Origin: Macrostomum lignano | Taxonomy: Eukaryota | Reading direction: 5' to 3' | DNA: 64,000 nucleotides | Assembly (NCBI GenBank): GCA_002269645.1 | Contig: NIVC01000921.1 | Span: 1 to 64,000, forward strand | Shown here: piece after piece, positions 11,740 to 25,900 of the stretch | How positions within the stretch are numbered: position 1 is the first letter of the stretch | Layout: every line of letters begins with the position of its first letter | Notes under the pieces: model-generated | The model's database searches: none | Told to the model about the DNA's origin: nothing | Seen by the model: the letters and a program-made list of their open reading frames with translations, nothing else | Program-made: the position numbers and the translations under genes

Positions 11740-12879
11740 CTTGTAGCAACCTCCATAACTATACACTGCCGATATGTATCGTAGTACACTTGTTTGAGGA
11801 ACTTTTTTCTCTTTTTTCTTGCTGAATGGTTAGCTTCATTGGTACTATTTGGTTTTCAATAATCTTCTGCGAAATAAAATACTTTTATTGAAGTTCTCCA
11901 ATAATTTTGTATCGAACGGTGTTATACCTCTGTTTTGTTCATTCTTTGATATTTAATTATACCGATTTTATTACCTTATTCTCACTAAATCGCTGAGTTT
12001 CCTGTTTCAAATCTGATTTAAAAAACCAAAGCTTTTTCTGTCATTAACCGCTATTTAATTTAGTTTACAATCATTTGAGCCGACCTGAACTGAAAGTAAA
12101 ACCCGCTTGTGCCTGTTTATAATTTCATTTCAGGATATCCTCTTGTTGCTGGTCCCACACTGAGTTGTTACCATGTTATTGTTCGTTAAAATAATTATTA
12201 GTGTCGGTGTCGCGTCACAATTTTCACTAAAATTGATTAAACAATCAAATATTAATTCTAGGAAGTACGAGCTAATTTCCGTATGTTGCTACTCATTACT
12301 AGTATAGTAGCTCGAACATTATTGACCTTTTTGAATGCTAGATACTTTGTTTTACAATTTCTAAGTTAAATTCTTATTACCTGTCTATAGGCCCCTTTTC
12401 AAATTATTGTTCCGTTCTGAACTTTTTATTAGTAGACAGAAATCATGACTTTGCCTTACATACTACTCAACTTTTGTGTTGTTGTTTTCATTGTTTTAAA
12501 TTATTCGATAGTGAAATTCAACTGCACTTGATTAAAAAAGCTGAAATTTTCCTAAAATTTCTGCTTCTCTTTTTATAGTGCCTCTAAAACTTGCACTTTA
12601 TTCTCCCCATTTAATCATCTGTGGCTCCCGGCACTACTGCACTATGTACAGATATAAATTATACCATAAGTAGTATGTAGTGTGCTGTCCCGCGTTTTCT
12701 AAATCCATCCGATTGATTTCCACATTTTTTCAATAGCGAATGACGGTGTCTGGTTTTGCTGATTTTTCCTTTATGTTCTTTTTTTCCATTTCTAAAATAA
12801 TTTGTCATCTTTGCCTGCTGAATTGGCTGTTAGTGTGATAATATAAATATCTATGACTACAAGTAAATATATCTATGAT

Positions 12880-13735
12880 GGATTGCTCATCTATCCTATC
12901 ATTAGTTAATGAATAGATTGGATTGCTAATCTATCCTATCATTAGTTAATGAATAGATTGGATTGCTAATCTATCCTATCATTAGTTAATGAATCGAATG
13001 GATTGCTAATCTATCCTATCATTAGTTAATGAATCGAATGGATTGCTAATCTATCCTATCATTAGTTAATGAATAGATTGGATTGCTAATCTATCCTATC
13101 ATTAGTTAATGAATAGATTGGATTGCTAATCTATCTTATCATTAGTTAATGAATAGATTGGATTGCTAATCTATCCTATCATTAGTTAATGAATAGATTG
13201 GATTGCTAATCTATCCTATCATTAGTTAATGAATAGATTGGATTGCTAATCTATCCTATCATTAGTTAATGAATAGATTGGATTGCTAATCTATCCTATC
13301 ATTAGTTAGTGAATCGAATGGATTGCTAATCTATCCTATCATTAGTTAATGAATCGAATGGATTGCTAATCTATCCTATCATTAGTTAATGAATGGATCG
13401 GATTGCTAATCTATCCTATCATTAGTTAATGAATAGATTGGATTGCTAATCTATCTTATCATTAGTTAATGAATAGATTGGATTGCTAATCTATCCTATC
13501 ATTAGTTAATGAATAGATTGGATTGCTAATCTATCCTATCATTAGTTAATGAATAGATTGGATTGCTAATCTATCCTGTCATTAGTTAATGAATAGATTG
13601 GATTGCTAATCTATCTTATCATTAGTTAATGAATAGATTGGATTGCTAATCTATCCTATCATTAGTTAATGAATCGAATGGATTGCTAGTCTATCCTATA
13701 ATTAGTTTATTAATGAATAGATTGGATTTCTAAGC
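12880..13735. repeat. 40-bp minisatellite (GATTGCTAATCTATCCTATCATTAGTTAATGAATAGATTG), intergenic
   Basis: About 20 tandem copies. Confidence 0.95.
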
Positions 13736-14344
13736 TATCAAGCTAATAGTATAGCAGTTTTTACTTAATTCTGTTTTTCTGTGTTCTAGTGTGTTGCGAG
13801 TGCACCTCGTTAAAAACCAAATAAACGCTGATCTGCTATGTCTTGTTTTGCAAACTTTTTAACTTAGTCCTAATAATAAATAAAAGTCGATAGCGATTTT
13901 GCAAAGTTTCTTAATAATTTTGCTAAGAAAAGTTTACAGAGCTTTCAGGGGTAAGAGGAGATCTGATAGTCAAGTTTGGATTAATTAGCAGAAAAATTTG
14001 CATTCAGCCTGGGCCAATTCAATTGGCAGCAATGGCTCGTAGTGGGGGGGGGGGCTGGTTCAATTCCAAAGGGGGTTACAGTGCAGTGAACCCAATTCAG
14101 CACTGCAAACGGTCAGGAGCTGCCTGCATGGCTCTATGTAAACTAAGATTCTCTTGCGCTAATCTGCCTACATAATTTTTCTGCTTCTGCTGATCGCCGC
14201 TTGCTGTCAATTCTGAGATCGATATAAATTCGCTGCGTGAGTCAGCCTTTTGTCTGCTTGTGCATTTTAGCTGCTGTATGCATGTCCCCTGCTGCGGTGC
14301 CTGGGGTCTGCAGCTGCTCACTCCTATTTAGTGTCAGTCTGTGT

Positions 14345-14387
14345 CCATCCCTTTTTGGCATTCTTCTATAGTGTCTGTCTGTCTGTC

Positions 14388-14450
<63 letters not shown>

Positions 14451-14510
14451 TAAGTGTCTGTCTGTCTGTCTTAGTGTCTGTCTGTCTGTCTTAGTGTCTG
14501 TCTGTCTGTC

Positions 14511-14551
<41 letters not shown>

Positions 14552-14624
14552 ATGTATGTATGTATGTCTGTCTGTCTGTCTGTCTGTCTGTCTTTCTGTC
14601 TGTCTATTTGCTTGTCTATCTGTT

Positions 14625-14663
<39 letters not shown>

Positions 14664-14678
14664 GTCTGTCTGTCTGTC

Positions 14679-14715
<37 letters not shown>

Positions 14716-14775
14716 ATGTATGTATGTATGTCTGTATGTATGTCTGTCTGTCTGTATGTATGTCTGTCTGTCAGT
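14345..14775. repeat. (TCTG/TATG)n microsatellite
   Basis: Direct reading. Confidence 0.95.
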
Positions 14776-15539
14776 ATATTTCCCCGTCTCCCTACCCAAT
14801 TTTTAAATCCATGATGACTCCCTGGATATGTTATGCATAGCTTTCCACATGGACTATGCATGCAAGCTACTTGTAGGTAAATACTGCAACTCACTGACCG
14901 CAAATTGGCAATCTATTCCATAGTATAGCGAGGTCCAAACTGCATTCCCGATTCCCATTCACCGAACCTATCATTCCATTTACAGACGATGCTGTGTGCC
15001 ACCAAGCATAGACTTAGTCTGTACAGATTTTCTAGATTGGCTTAGCAACTGGCATTTCAGTCCGTAGCTGCGTAGAAACGGGATTAGAAAAAAATTTAAT
15101 ATTTTTATTTTTACATAGCCAATTCTCTTTGTTAGTTATAGCCACGATGGCGCAGCATCGGCTAAAGCGGACTGCTTCTGCACTCTTGCATTGCTTAGCT
15201 GGATTTCAGTGGCTTGTGCCACGCCGCCTTGTGCCTATGCATAGTGGTGCATGCGGAAACACTCGGTTGCGAGTGTTACGGTTAGCAATCAGTGTTTACA
15301 TGTAGTTGTGCATGTAAGTCTGATTATAACCCCTGATAAGCGTGCAGAGGTGTGTTGTGTATAACTTATTACCTTGGACAATATCGAAATGAGCGCATTG
15401 AGCACTGAAGACTGCAGAGTACCGATTTTGCAACTGTAATTTACTGCTGGAGATATGAGATAAACTCGCCTATTTTAGTTTTTAACACTGTCTTAGATTA
15501 CTGCGAAATTTCCCAAATAAGCCCGAAATTCCTCCTGAA

Positions 15540-16030
15540 TCACCTCCAGAGTCCCCGGATCCAACAGTCCCATGATCCCCAAAAGCCTCCAGAAGTTCCA
15601 TGACCCCCAATGCCCTCCAGAGTCCCATGAGCCCCGAAATTCCCGAGAGTCTCATGAGCCCCAAAAATCCCCCGGAGTCCCATGAGCCCCGAAATTCCCG
15701 AGAGTCCCATGAGCCCCGAAATTCCCGAGAGTCTCATGAGCCCCGAAATTCCCGAGAGTCCCATGAGCCCCGAAATTCCCGAGAGTCTCATGAGCCCCGA
15801 AATTCCCGAGAGTCCCATGAGCCCCGAAATTCCCGAGAGTCCCATGAGCCCCGAAATTCCCGAGAGTCCCATGAGCCCCGAAATTCCCGAGAGTCCCATG
15901 AGCCCCCAAATTCCGGAGAGTCCCATAAGCCCCAAAAATCCTCCGGAGTCCCATGAGCCCCCCAAATTCCCGAGAGTCCCATAAGCCCCAAAAATCAATC
16001 GGAGTCCAACGACCCAAAAAATCCCCTGGC
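15540..16030. repeat. 27-bp minisatellite (CATGAGCCCCGAAATTCCCGAGAGTCC)
   Basis: Tandem copies with degenerate edges. Confidence 0.9.
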
Positions 16031-16998
16031 AATCCTTGACTCTTGCGGACTAAAAGTCCTCTAGTATAACTAATTCTCCTGAGCTATGCATTTAAACAAA
16101 AAATAAGTCAAATCCTGAAATTCCCCTCAACATACAAGCTAAAGACAAGCTCCGCCCACGAAGAAGGCTGATCAAAAAGAGAACCCGTCTTCTAATCGCC
16201 AACCCGCTCTCGACCCGAATCTCGACTGGCATCGCCTAAGTCCTCCCCCTTCCCATGCAGATCCCGCAGTTCGTTTACCGCCGCGCGGTGGGGAAGTTAT
16301 TGGTTGTTCAGCCAACCCGCCTGGCCTAGCCAGTTTAGGGAAATCAGAAAATTGGAGAGAGAGTTTCTTTCGTCCCATTTTCAGCCGCAAGTCCCGCATA
16401 TGCGTGCCATGGGGGAGGGTAGCTGGCACCACATGTTCGTATGCCCCGGCGCAACAGGCTTGGGATTTGGCATCGCCCACCTAAGGGGCCCTGGGACGGT
16501 CTCCGGCTAAACCAGCTTCCATCTATCCTTCTATACTTTCATCTCCCATATCAGTCGGAACAACTGCAGGGGGATCTACGAAGCCATTCGACTGAAAAGT
16601 TTCAGTCTCCCCTACATCGCTATTCGCTCTGTGTCTCTCTGGCTCCCACTGGGTCTCCGCCCACCCCACCATTCCTCTATACCAATTATACCTTTCCTGG
16701 CATGGCCATGGCCAACGGCCCCGCCCTATCTTATAGGCTGCAGAATTTTTCCAAGCGTTGCGGGGCACAGACGGAACCTAACCCTGGACCTAACACCGAC
16801 AACACTCAACCAAGAGGATAGAAGTCGCATATCCGAACCCGTAGATTACAATCTTCATTATACTCTTATAACTAACGTACACAACTCGTTTCAACTGTTA
16901 TATTTCTTATCCTTAATAATAACGCTAAAAATCCTTAGGCTTCGTCTAGTCTCAGGTCTTGCCGAGAAGGGAGTTAGAAGCTACTATACTCGTACAAC

Positions 16999-19900
16999 AT
17001 GGACGGGCCCAGCACTTGGGCTGAGGTGAGTAACCTACCTCCCACTGTTGTTTTTGTGTATGTAGAAATTTATAAAATCAGGAGACAATTCCAGACAGAT
17101 CCTATCCTATCAATATCTAGGTGGCCATTTTTGAGCATATTTTCCTAGTAAAAAACTGATTCCCTACTTTCAGTTCAGTAGTAAGAAATAATGCGTTAGC
17201 TATTTTCAAAAAGAAAGGCAGTTGGAATGACTACTTATTAGACGTAAACAGCTTGTTATTAGTGCAGACGTAATGTACACTAGCCAGCGCCACTTAAATG
17301 TACATGGTAGCTTTAGGCGGGAACATCGAGGAAGGCAATAGAAATGGTGGAAAAACAAACATGGTCGGAGGCTTAAGAAGGCTTAAGCCAGAGAATTGGT
17401 ATGTCTTAAAATACTTTAAACAGCTTCGATCTACTCAAATTTCAACTGAGCTGAAAGTAGCTTGCGCAAATGTGCAAAGCTATTTGACTTAGTTAGCTGG
17501 ACTTAGAATTAACTGAAACTATTAAATGGTGTAATTAATTCTTTAATTCCTGGCATAGCCTAGCCATTAGTCTAGACTGTCATTTAATTTTTATTTAATT
17601 GGTCAGGCCATTAAATAGTTTTTATTGCAAATGAGGTAGACCAAAGCTGATTAGCTACTAGGCAGAGAGGGGTCACAATGTACAGTGGCTAGTCCGTATA
17701 GAGAGTACAAATCAAGCTGTGCCATGCCTAAAATTAACTATTCAAATTAGGGGTTGGGTAGTTCGGGCGCAGATAAGAAAGGAGGGGGAAAGAGCCAAGA
17801 TCGACGAGCCAATCAGAAACCTGCTAGAGGGAAGGGAGAGAGATACGCTCGTATAAAACCAGATTGAACTTGATAGACACAGAGAAAGCACAGAGATGAA
17901 CTGAAGAGATGAGTCAAATGACAAAGAAAGTCGCGAAAAAGTACTATTATTCAATATTTTTAAGCGTACTGAAAATAACGCATAGGCCAAGCCAATCCAC
18001 TGTTTTCTGTCTGCCAGTGGCGCGTCCAAGGGGGGGGGGGGCTGGGCCCAGCCCCCCCCCAATTAGGCCACGGCCCTGTGGCCCCCCACTTTCAGTTTTT
18101 TCACTTTGGATTTTCCAAAAAAATAGTTTTAAAAACCCTTTTTTTCTTTTTTACAATTTTAATTTTAGAAACAATACTTTATATACGAGCACTTGTAAGC
18201 TGTTGAAACCTGCGGATCTTGAACCGTGGAATTCAAATTCATTCTCCGGAATTATTTTCGCACGTATTATAAAATTTGAAGTCATACTCAAACAAAAACT
18301 TGTTAATAGTTAGGATGGAGATGAACATAAAATGGAGTAAATTCGTGTAAAATTAAGATTTGAGGCAAGCATTGATCTCGTTGGCTGGAGTGCAGTGCAG
18401 AATATCAGGCAATGTCGATCTGAAACATGTATTGGAAAAGTCAGGAAAACTCTAATCTCTGCCTCTGCCTCTCTCTACATGTACATCCCTCGGATCCTTT
18501 GAAACTTCTATCTTCGCTTCTGTTTCCTCTCTTCTCTTTCATCTTTCGTCTCTCCTGTCATCTCTTCTTTCCTCTTTCCTCTCTCCTCTATCCCCTCTTC
18601 TTTTGTCTCTTCCCCTACCTCTCTTCTCTCACGTCTTTTCTTCCATCCCTCCTTTCTCTTCTTTCATCTCTGCTCTCTTATCTCTTCACATTTCTCTTTT
18701 TTCTCGTCTCTCTCTTCTCTCATCTCATCTCTTCCCTGTTCGTTCCTCTCTCCTCTCTCCTCACTATTTTCTCTCTGCTCTCCTCTCTCCTCTCTCCCCT
18801 CTACTCTCGTCTCTTCCCTTTCCTCTCTTTTCTCTCTTCTCTTCTCTCTCGTCTCTCATTTTTCTTCTTTTATCTCTGCTTGCTCTCTTATCTCTTCTCA
18901 TTTCTATCTGCTCTCTACTCTCTCCTCTCTCCCCTCTTCTCACTCCTCACTCTCCCCTCTCTAAAATCTTCCCTCCTCTTCTCTCTCTCCTATCTTCTTT
19001 CTACTTCTCTGCTCTCATTTCTCATCTCTCCTATCATCTCTATTCTCTCACCTCTCTTGTCTCGATCTTCTCTCCTATCTATCTCCTCTCTCCCTCATCT
19101 CTAATCTGTACTATCCTTTTTAACATCTCTCCTCTCTTCTCTCTGCTTGCTTATCTCCACCCTATAATCTCTCCTTTCTCCACTCTCATCTCTCTACTCT
19201 CTTCTATCTACTCTCTACTTTATCCTATCTACTCTCTCCTCTCTCATCTCATCTCTCTCATCTCTCATCTCTCCCTCTTCTCACCTCTACTCTCTCCTCC
19301 CATTTCTCCTTCCCTACTCTCTCCCCTTCTTCTCTGCCCTCTCCTCTCACTTCTCCTCTCCTCTCACAGTAAAAATATATACTGTGCAGAGATTAGCCAA
19401 TAATTAAATGAACCAACATAGTTTTTTGATGAGAATCTGCCAGGAAAAGTAAATTATAAAGTTAAATGAATTTGTGTTTAGCTTTCTATTCAAAAATTTT
19501 CCAATTGCAAATCCTAAAAAGTGTTCTTGGGCAAAAAACATTTAGAATGTTAGTTAAATCAACTTAGCTATTGCATTCATTTTTTGCGAGATCTTTTTTG
19601 GATGTCATTTTTACTTTTGGGTAAAAATTAGCTTTTACAATAATTACGAGTAAAAAATTCAATTCAAGATGTTGGCATTGCCCCTTCAGTTTTTACTGGG
19701 CCCTAACTGCCCCCCCCATCCTGAAACCTCTGGACGCGCCCCTGCTGAGTGTCTGCATCTAACAAAGAATCGTTTGCAAATCTTCAACTTTATAAAGTTT
19801 GATTTTTTATGGTTTGCTTCATTTTTACAAAGCTAAGAACGAAACAAAAAATGGAAACATTTAGTCTTGTTTTTTTTTCTGCCTTTGTGTTTTAATTTTT

Positions 19901-22900
19901 AAATTGGTTTGGAACAACATTAACACATTTAAACAAACAGTTTTCTACTGTGGCGATAGAATTTAATTTTTTTCAAATTTCATATCTAAGTACTAAGAGT
20001 CCTTACATTTTTGCAACGGTTAACAGCCTTAAAAAGTTTCGATCTGAAGGTACTGATTTTTATTTCCTAAATCTGTCAGTCAGCTAAAAGTTTGCATCTG
20101 GAGACGATGATTCAGCATGAATTATTTTCGTATCCAAGGGCGCAGCCGTCACACCCTGCCTTCGTCACGAATTGATCCAGGCGCAAAAGCTTTGACCTTG
20201 GCGCATTCGAATCTTGACATCACATGCGACTGCGAGCTCTGGCAGTGCGTCACCGGCGAAATTTTTCGGTTGCTATCTGGTTTCGATGGCATATGGTGAT
20301 TGAAATTCCTGAAGCTATGCACGTGGGCAAACAACTACAAGCGTAGATATTTCTAGCCGGTTGCTATGGTACACAACCGTGTAAACAAGTTGCCGGTTGC
20401 TATGATACACAACCCTGAAAACAAGTACCAGTTGCTATGGAACACAACCGAGTAAACAAGTGCCGGTTGCTATGGTAAACAACCGTGAAAACAAGTACCA
20501 GTTGCTATGGTACACAACCGTGTAAACAAGTTGCCGGTTGCTATGATACACAACCCTGAAAACAAGTACCAGTTGCTATGGAACACAACCGAGTAAACAA
20601 GTGCCGGTTGCTATGGTAAACAACCCTGAAAACAAGTACCATTTTCTATGGTACACAACCGTGAAAAAAGTACCGGTTGCTATGGTACACAACTGTCACG
20701 ACTTTCCTAGTCATTTCTTAGTTCACCTTCACTTGTCTCTGTTTACTCTGTTTTCTCTCTCTCTCTGTCGTGAAGACAAGTACCGGTTGCTATGGTACAC
20801 AACGTGAAAACAAGTGCCGGTTGCTATTGCTATGGTAAACAATCCTGAAAACAAGTGCCGGTTGCTATGGTACACAACCGTGTAAACAAGTGCTATCCCG
20901 TTGCTATGCTGCCAAGCATCCATGCACTTTCCCCATGAACCAGATCGACTCCATCCTGGCCTCAATCGATCCCAACCGAGCTTCCTGGATTTCCCAGCTG
21001 GAGGCGGCGGCGGCGGTGGCGGCGACAGGGTCGGCAGGCGACGGTCGCCTGCTGCTCGGCCTGGACGACTGGGCGGCGCTCAACCGGCTGGAAGAGGAAA
21101 TCCTGGCGGGGCTGCTGGCGCACGGGTTCGACTGCGCCGGTTTCATTGTGAGTCCGAGATGCGCTGCAAATACCCTCGTTGCTATGGGGCAGGCTGACAA
21201 TGAAAAATATTCCTGAAACCCCGTTGCTATGCTGATTCAGGGCACCTGTTAAAGGGAATCCGTATCCAAGGGGAACCCCTTTGCTATGCTGATTCAGGGC
21301 ACCTGTTAAAGGGAACCCGTATCCAAGGGAGTTGTAATGCTGATCAAGGGAACATTTTCAAGGGAATCCGAATCCAACGGAAACCTCCGTTTTTATACTA
21401 GTGAAAAGCAGTGAGGCCGTATCCAGAGGAAATCCCCGTTGCTAAGCAGTTAAAGTTTTAAAAGTGCTCGCCCTCCCCTCTCCCTCTCCAGAACGGTGTC
21501 CTGAGCGACGCCGACCTGCAAGAGCTGGGCGTCCGGTCGGGCATGCAGCGGCGGCGGATCCTCGCCGCTGTCCAGGAGCTGCCCAATTGCGCTATGGAAG
21601 GTGAGCTGGGCTAAGACAGAGGGCAACAACAGGATGCGGGGATAATGATGAAGCGGAAGTTGATGATAGCCTCGGGTAGATAAAACGGCCCCCTACTTTT
21701 CTTACCCTGTACGGAGCGGGGCCGCCAATGATTGACGCATCGGGCCTGGCGCATCTTTTTACAGCATTTTTACAGCACCTCTACAGGCGCGTTTCGCCCA
21801 GCCATCCCCAGAAACCCCCCCTGTCTTTTTCCTCTCCTCTCGTATCGACGTTAACCTGCGGTTTTACAATCGCCCTCGTTTTTTGGGCTTCTTGCCGAGC
21901 TTCCCAGATGCAGGCAGGGATTCTGGACGATCCAATTAATCTTCAAGGCATATCCGTATGCACCCAGAACTGCTGAAAGGGCTTGAAAGTTTTGAGCTCG
22001 TTACTGTCTGGCACCGTCTGGTTATATACTTGTAGGTGTAGCATAAAGATGGACTTTTGTCATGAAAAATGATATCTTCTGGTAATCTGCAATGACCTTC
22101 ACTCGATTTTGAAATTTGGTCCGTGAATATAAATTCTTCAGATCGATTATGGTATTCCTGAGTTTGAAATTAACATATCTCTTATCAAAAGTGGCGTCTC
22201 TCAGATCGAAGTGGCATCTCTCAGATCGAAGTGGCATCTCTCAGATCGAAGTGGCATCTCTCAGATCAAAGTCGCATTTCTCAGATCAAAGTGGCGTCTC
22301 TCATATCAAAGTGGCGTCGCTCAGATCAAAGTGTCATCTTTCACACCAACGTGGCGTCTCTCAGATCGAAGTGGCATCTCTCAGATCGAAGTGGCATCTC
22401 TCAGATCGAAGTGGCATCTCTCAGATCAAAGTCGCATTTCTCAGATCAAAGTGGCGTCTCTCATATCAAAGTGGCGTCGCTCAGATCAAAGTGTCATCTT
22501 TCACACCAACGTGGCATCTCTCAGATCAAAGTGGCATCTCTCAGATCGAAGTGTCATCTTTCACACCAACGTGGCGTCTCTCAGATCAAAGTGTCATCTT
22601 TCACACCAACGTGGCATCTCTCAGATCAAAGTGTCATCTTTCACACCAACGTGGCATCTCTCAGATCAAAGTGGCGTCTCTCATATCAAAGTGGCGTCGC
22701 TCAGATCAAAGTGTCATCTTTCACACCAACGTGGCGTCGCTCAGATCAAAGTGTCATATTTCACACCAACGTGGCGTCGCTCAGATCAAAGTGTCATCTT
22801 TCACACCAACGTGGCATCTCTCAGATCAAAGTGGCGTCTCTCATATCAAAGTGGCGTCGCTCAGATCAAAGTGTCATATTTCACACCAACGTAGCGTCGC

Positions 22901-25900
22901 TCAGATAAAAGTGTCATCTTTCACACCAACGTGGCATCTCTCAGATCAAAGTGGCGTCTCTCATATCAAAGTGGCGTCGCTCAGATCAAAGTGTCATCTT
23001 TCACACCAACGTGGCATCTCTCAGATCAAAGTGGCGTCTCTCATATCAAAGTGGCGTCGCTCAGATCAAAGTGTCATCTTTCACACCAACGTGGCATCTC
23101 TCAGATCAAAGTGGCGTCTCTCATATCAAAGTGGCGTCGCTCAGATCAAAGTGTCATCTTTCACACCAACGTGGTGTCGCTCAGATCAAAGTGTCATCTT
23201 TCACACCAACGTGGCGTCTCTCAGATCAAAGTGGCACCCCTTAGATCAAATGCGTTCCATCGTGTGTGTAAACTGACATTAATTATGAGGAATTCTTCAA
23301 ATATTTAATATTAAAAAATTCAAAGTCGAAATAGCATCGTTAAAGATTACATAAAACTGCTGTGTATCAGGTCCAGGACGAAGTTCTGACGAGACTTTCA
23401 ATGTTAATTTTTCACCCGTGACAAACCACTGCAGTGGCTGAGTCCCTGTCAGGCTCAGCCAGTGCCGACTATCTGATGCAGCGGCTCCGGCTCAATCACC
23501 AACTCGGCAGAGAGTTCACTGATGCGGCCGCCGCAGCCACGGTGAACGATCTGGCCTCGGCGACTGAGGCGGAGCTACAGATGGTGAGATTCTGACAAAA
23601 ATTGAATTCTTTTTTCTTGTTCGTCTACTTTCAGTAGTTTTCAGGAGCCCACGCTGATTTTTAAATGGGATTTTTCTTTCTTTTACTTTTTCTCTTCTTT
23701 ATCTTTTTTATTTATTTCTTCACGGGATATTTTTTCATAATCGCCTATTTGCAGTACTTTTTATAGATTTTTAAGGACTACTTAACAAGAAAACGGACTC
23801 CTCAGCGCTCGCAGATAGTGCAGAGTTTTTGAAGGCCCAATTACGAATCATGCCTTCTTTGAACAGTTGAGTGTGGGAGGCTGATGTTTTAAAAATGTCT
23901 AGAAACTTGTCTTAAACTTGTCTAGAAATTTTATTTCTCCTCAAATAAAAATTAGAAATTAATGACCGAAGCCATTAAAAACACTCAAATGCGTCATACT
24001 CTTCGCTCCAACCAAACTAGCGATTCGGCTTGCATAAACTCGGTCACCGACGGCGCGTTTTCTGTTGCCTTGACAACGCACAAGCGTTGGGACGACTTCG
24101 GCGACCTCATCATCAACATCATCAGCATCAGCAGCAGCAGCAGCAGCAGCAGCCAATGATGCAGCAGAACGGAGTTCAGCACGGGCGTCAGAGCTCGAAC
24201 CTATCAGCCAGATCTGCCGCTTCATCTGCAACTGCCGCCGCCGCCCTTCAAACCTCCCCATCCTCCTCCTGCCCCTCCTGTTCCTCCTCTGACGACGGTG
24301 ATCACTCATCATCGATGCTCGCGGCCGCTTCGGCGGGCATCGCGAACCGGCGACAGGGTCTTCGAGCAGCGGCGGGGGCAGCGGTGGTAAAGAACAGCAA
24401 AGCGACGGCGCTCACGGAGGTGCTGCCGCGGCAAGAACTGCCGGCTTTCCCGGCTGGCGGCTGCAGCCGCTCGTGGATGGCGGACGGCGCCGCTGGCGGA
24501 GAGGTCGGCGGCCGCCGGGAGCTGTCAGGAGCCGTGGGAGGCGCCAGCTTCGATGACGCGGTGCTGGTGCGATCGCGGTCGATCGACTGTTTGGACGGCG
24601 ACGCTGCAGGCCTGCAGAGGCGGCGGTTGGCATCGGCGGCCTCGGCGGCATTCCGGCCGCTGGTCAGCGAGTCCTGGCCGCACCATCCCGACGTGCTGCT
24701 CCGGGACAGCTTCTCCTACTCAGTGTCCGTGAGTTCCCCGGGGCCTTGACGGATTTGTTAGTTGGGCCATATACTACTGCTTGAGTAGCCAGTCGAAGCC
24801 TAGTAGCTGGCATAAATATTATTTCGCTTGTCATTTTAGTTTACTAACAGTAGTAATATAAGCAAGTTACAAGTAGAAAATTAATTCATTTTCATTGAAT
24901 TCAAGCTTTTGATTGATTTATTATAAAATATTTTTATCAAAATTTCGACTTCTAAAAGTATGATAACATGAGGCTCGATATTAAAAAAATGTTAATGCAC
25001 TGCCTACGTTACTGCATGTAAAAGTGACTTCAGAGAGAGTTGGTAGAATGGTGTCAACTCTCAGAAATTGATGGTAGAATGGCGCCGACTCTCAGTGACT
25101 GGTGGTAGAATGTCGCCAACTATCAGAGATTGGTGGTAGAATGGCGCCAACTCACAAATATTGATGGTAGAATGGCGCCAACTCTCAGAAATTGATGGTA
25201 GAATGGCGCTAACTCTCAAATATTGATGGTAGAATGGCATCAACTCTCAAAACTTAGTAATTAACTCAGGCGAGCCTGCATACGAGTATCGTAACTAGAA
25301 TTCTGAAGACCGAACGACAATATATTGATTAATTATCTCCGAATTCCAGTATCTGGGTTTCCGCCCACTGGCAGACCATACGGACCCGACAGAGACCGCC
25401 CAGGTCATGCAGATGTTCCGCTGCAAGAGTGCCGACATTCTCAAGCTGCCCAGGATTCGTCTGACAGTGTGCTACAGAGGCGTGAAGTTCATCAATCCCG
25501 ATAATGACGTGAGCTGCTGCGGATCCGTTCAGTTTTAACTTGACATTTCAGTTTCAATTGGATGGATTGGAGAATATTACAATTTTGAGAGTTTTAAACA
25601 GTAAAGCTGTTAGGTAAAACTACCAAGCGGAAATTACCAAGAGGAAACTACCAGAGAGCTAGTAAGGGGAAACTACAATAGTAAGGAGGAAGTACCAAGA
25701 GGAAACTACCAGGAGGAAACTACCAAGGGAGCTAGTAAGGAGAAACTACCAAGGGGTAACTACCAAGGAAGCTAGTAAGGGGAAACTACCAAGCGAGCTA
25801 GTAAGGGGAAACTACCAAGAGGAAACTACCAAGGGAGCTAGTAAGGGGAAACTACCAAGGAGCTAGTAAGGGAAAACTACCAAGGGAGCTAGTAAGAGGA

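Noticed and set aside
9485-13735. Regular 25-44-bp repeats as CRISPR arrays
   Set aside because: Head-to-tail tandem units with no unique spacers, no cas genes, and a eukaryotic intron context.
14097-14321. 74-aa minus-strand ORF as a terminal exon of a hidden gene
   Set aside because: No recognisable domain and no convincing upstream exon in phase. It cannot be excluded without RNA data.
20117-20334. Short ORFs on both strands in intron 1 of the SAM-PTB gene
   Set aside because: No family similarity and no consistent splice sites.
11739-20944. Ankyrin exons of the PARP serving as the missing N-terminus of the ANKS1-like gene
   Set aside because: The PARP ends with a stop and AATAAA. Its ankyrin exons splice in phase to WGR/PARP exons, and nothing supports a skip to the SAM exons.
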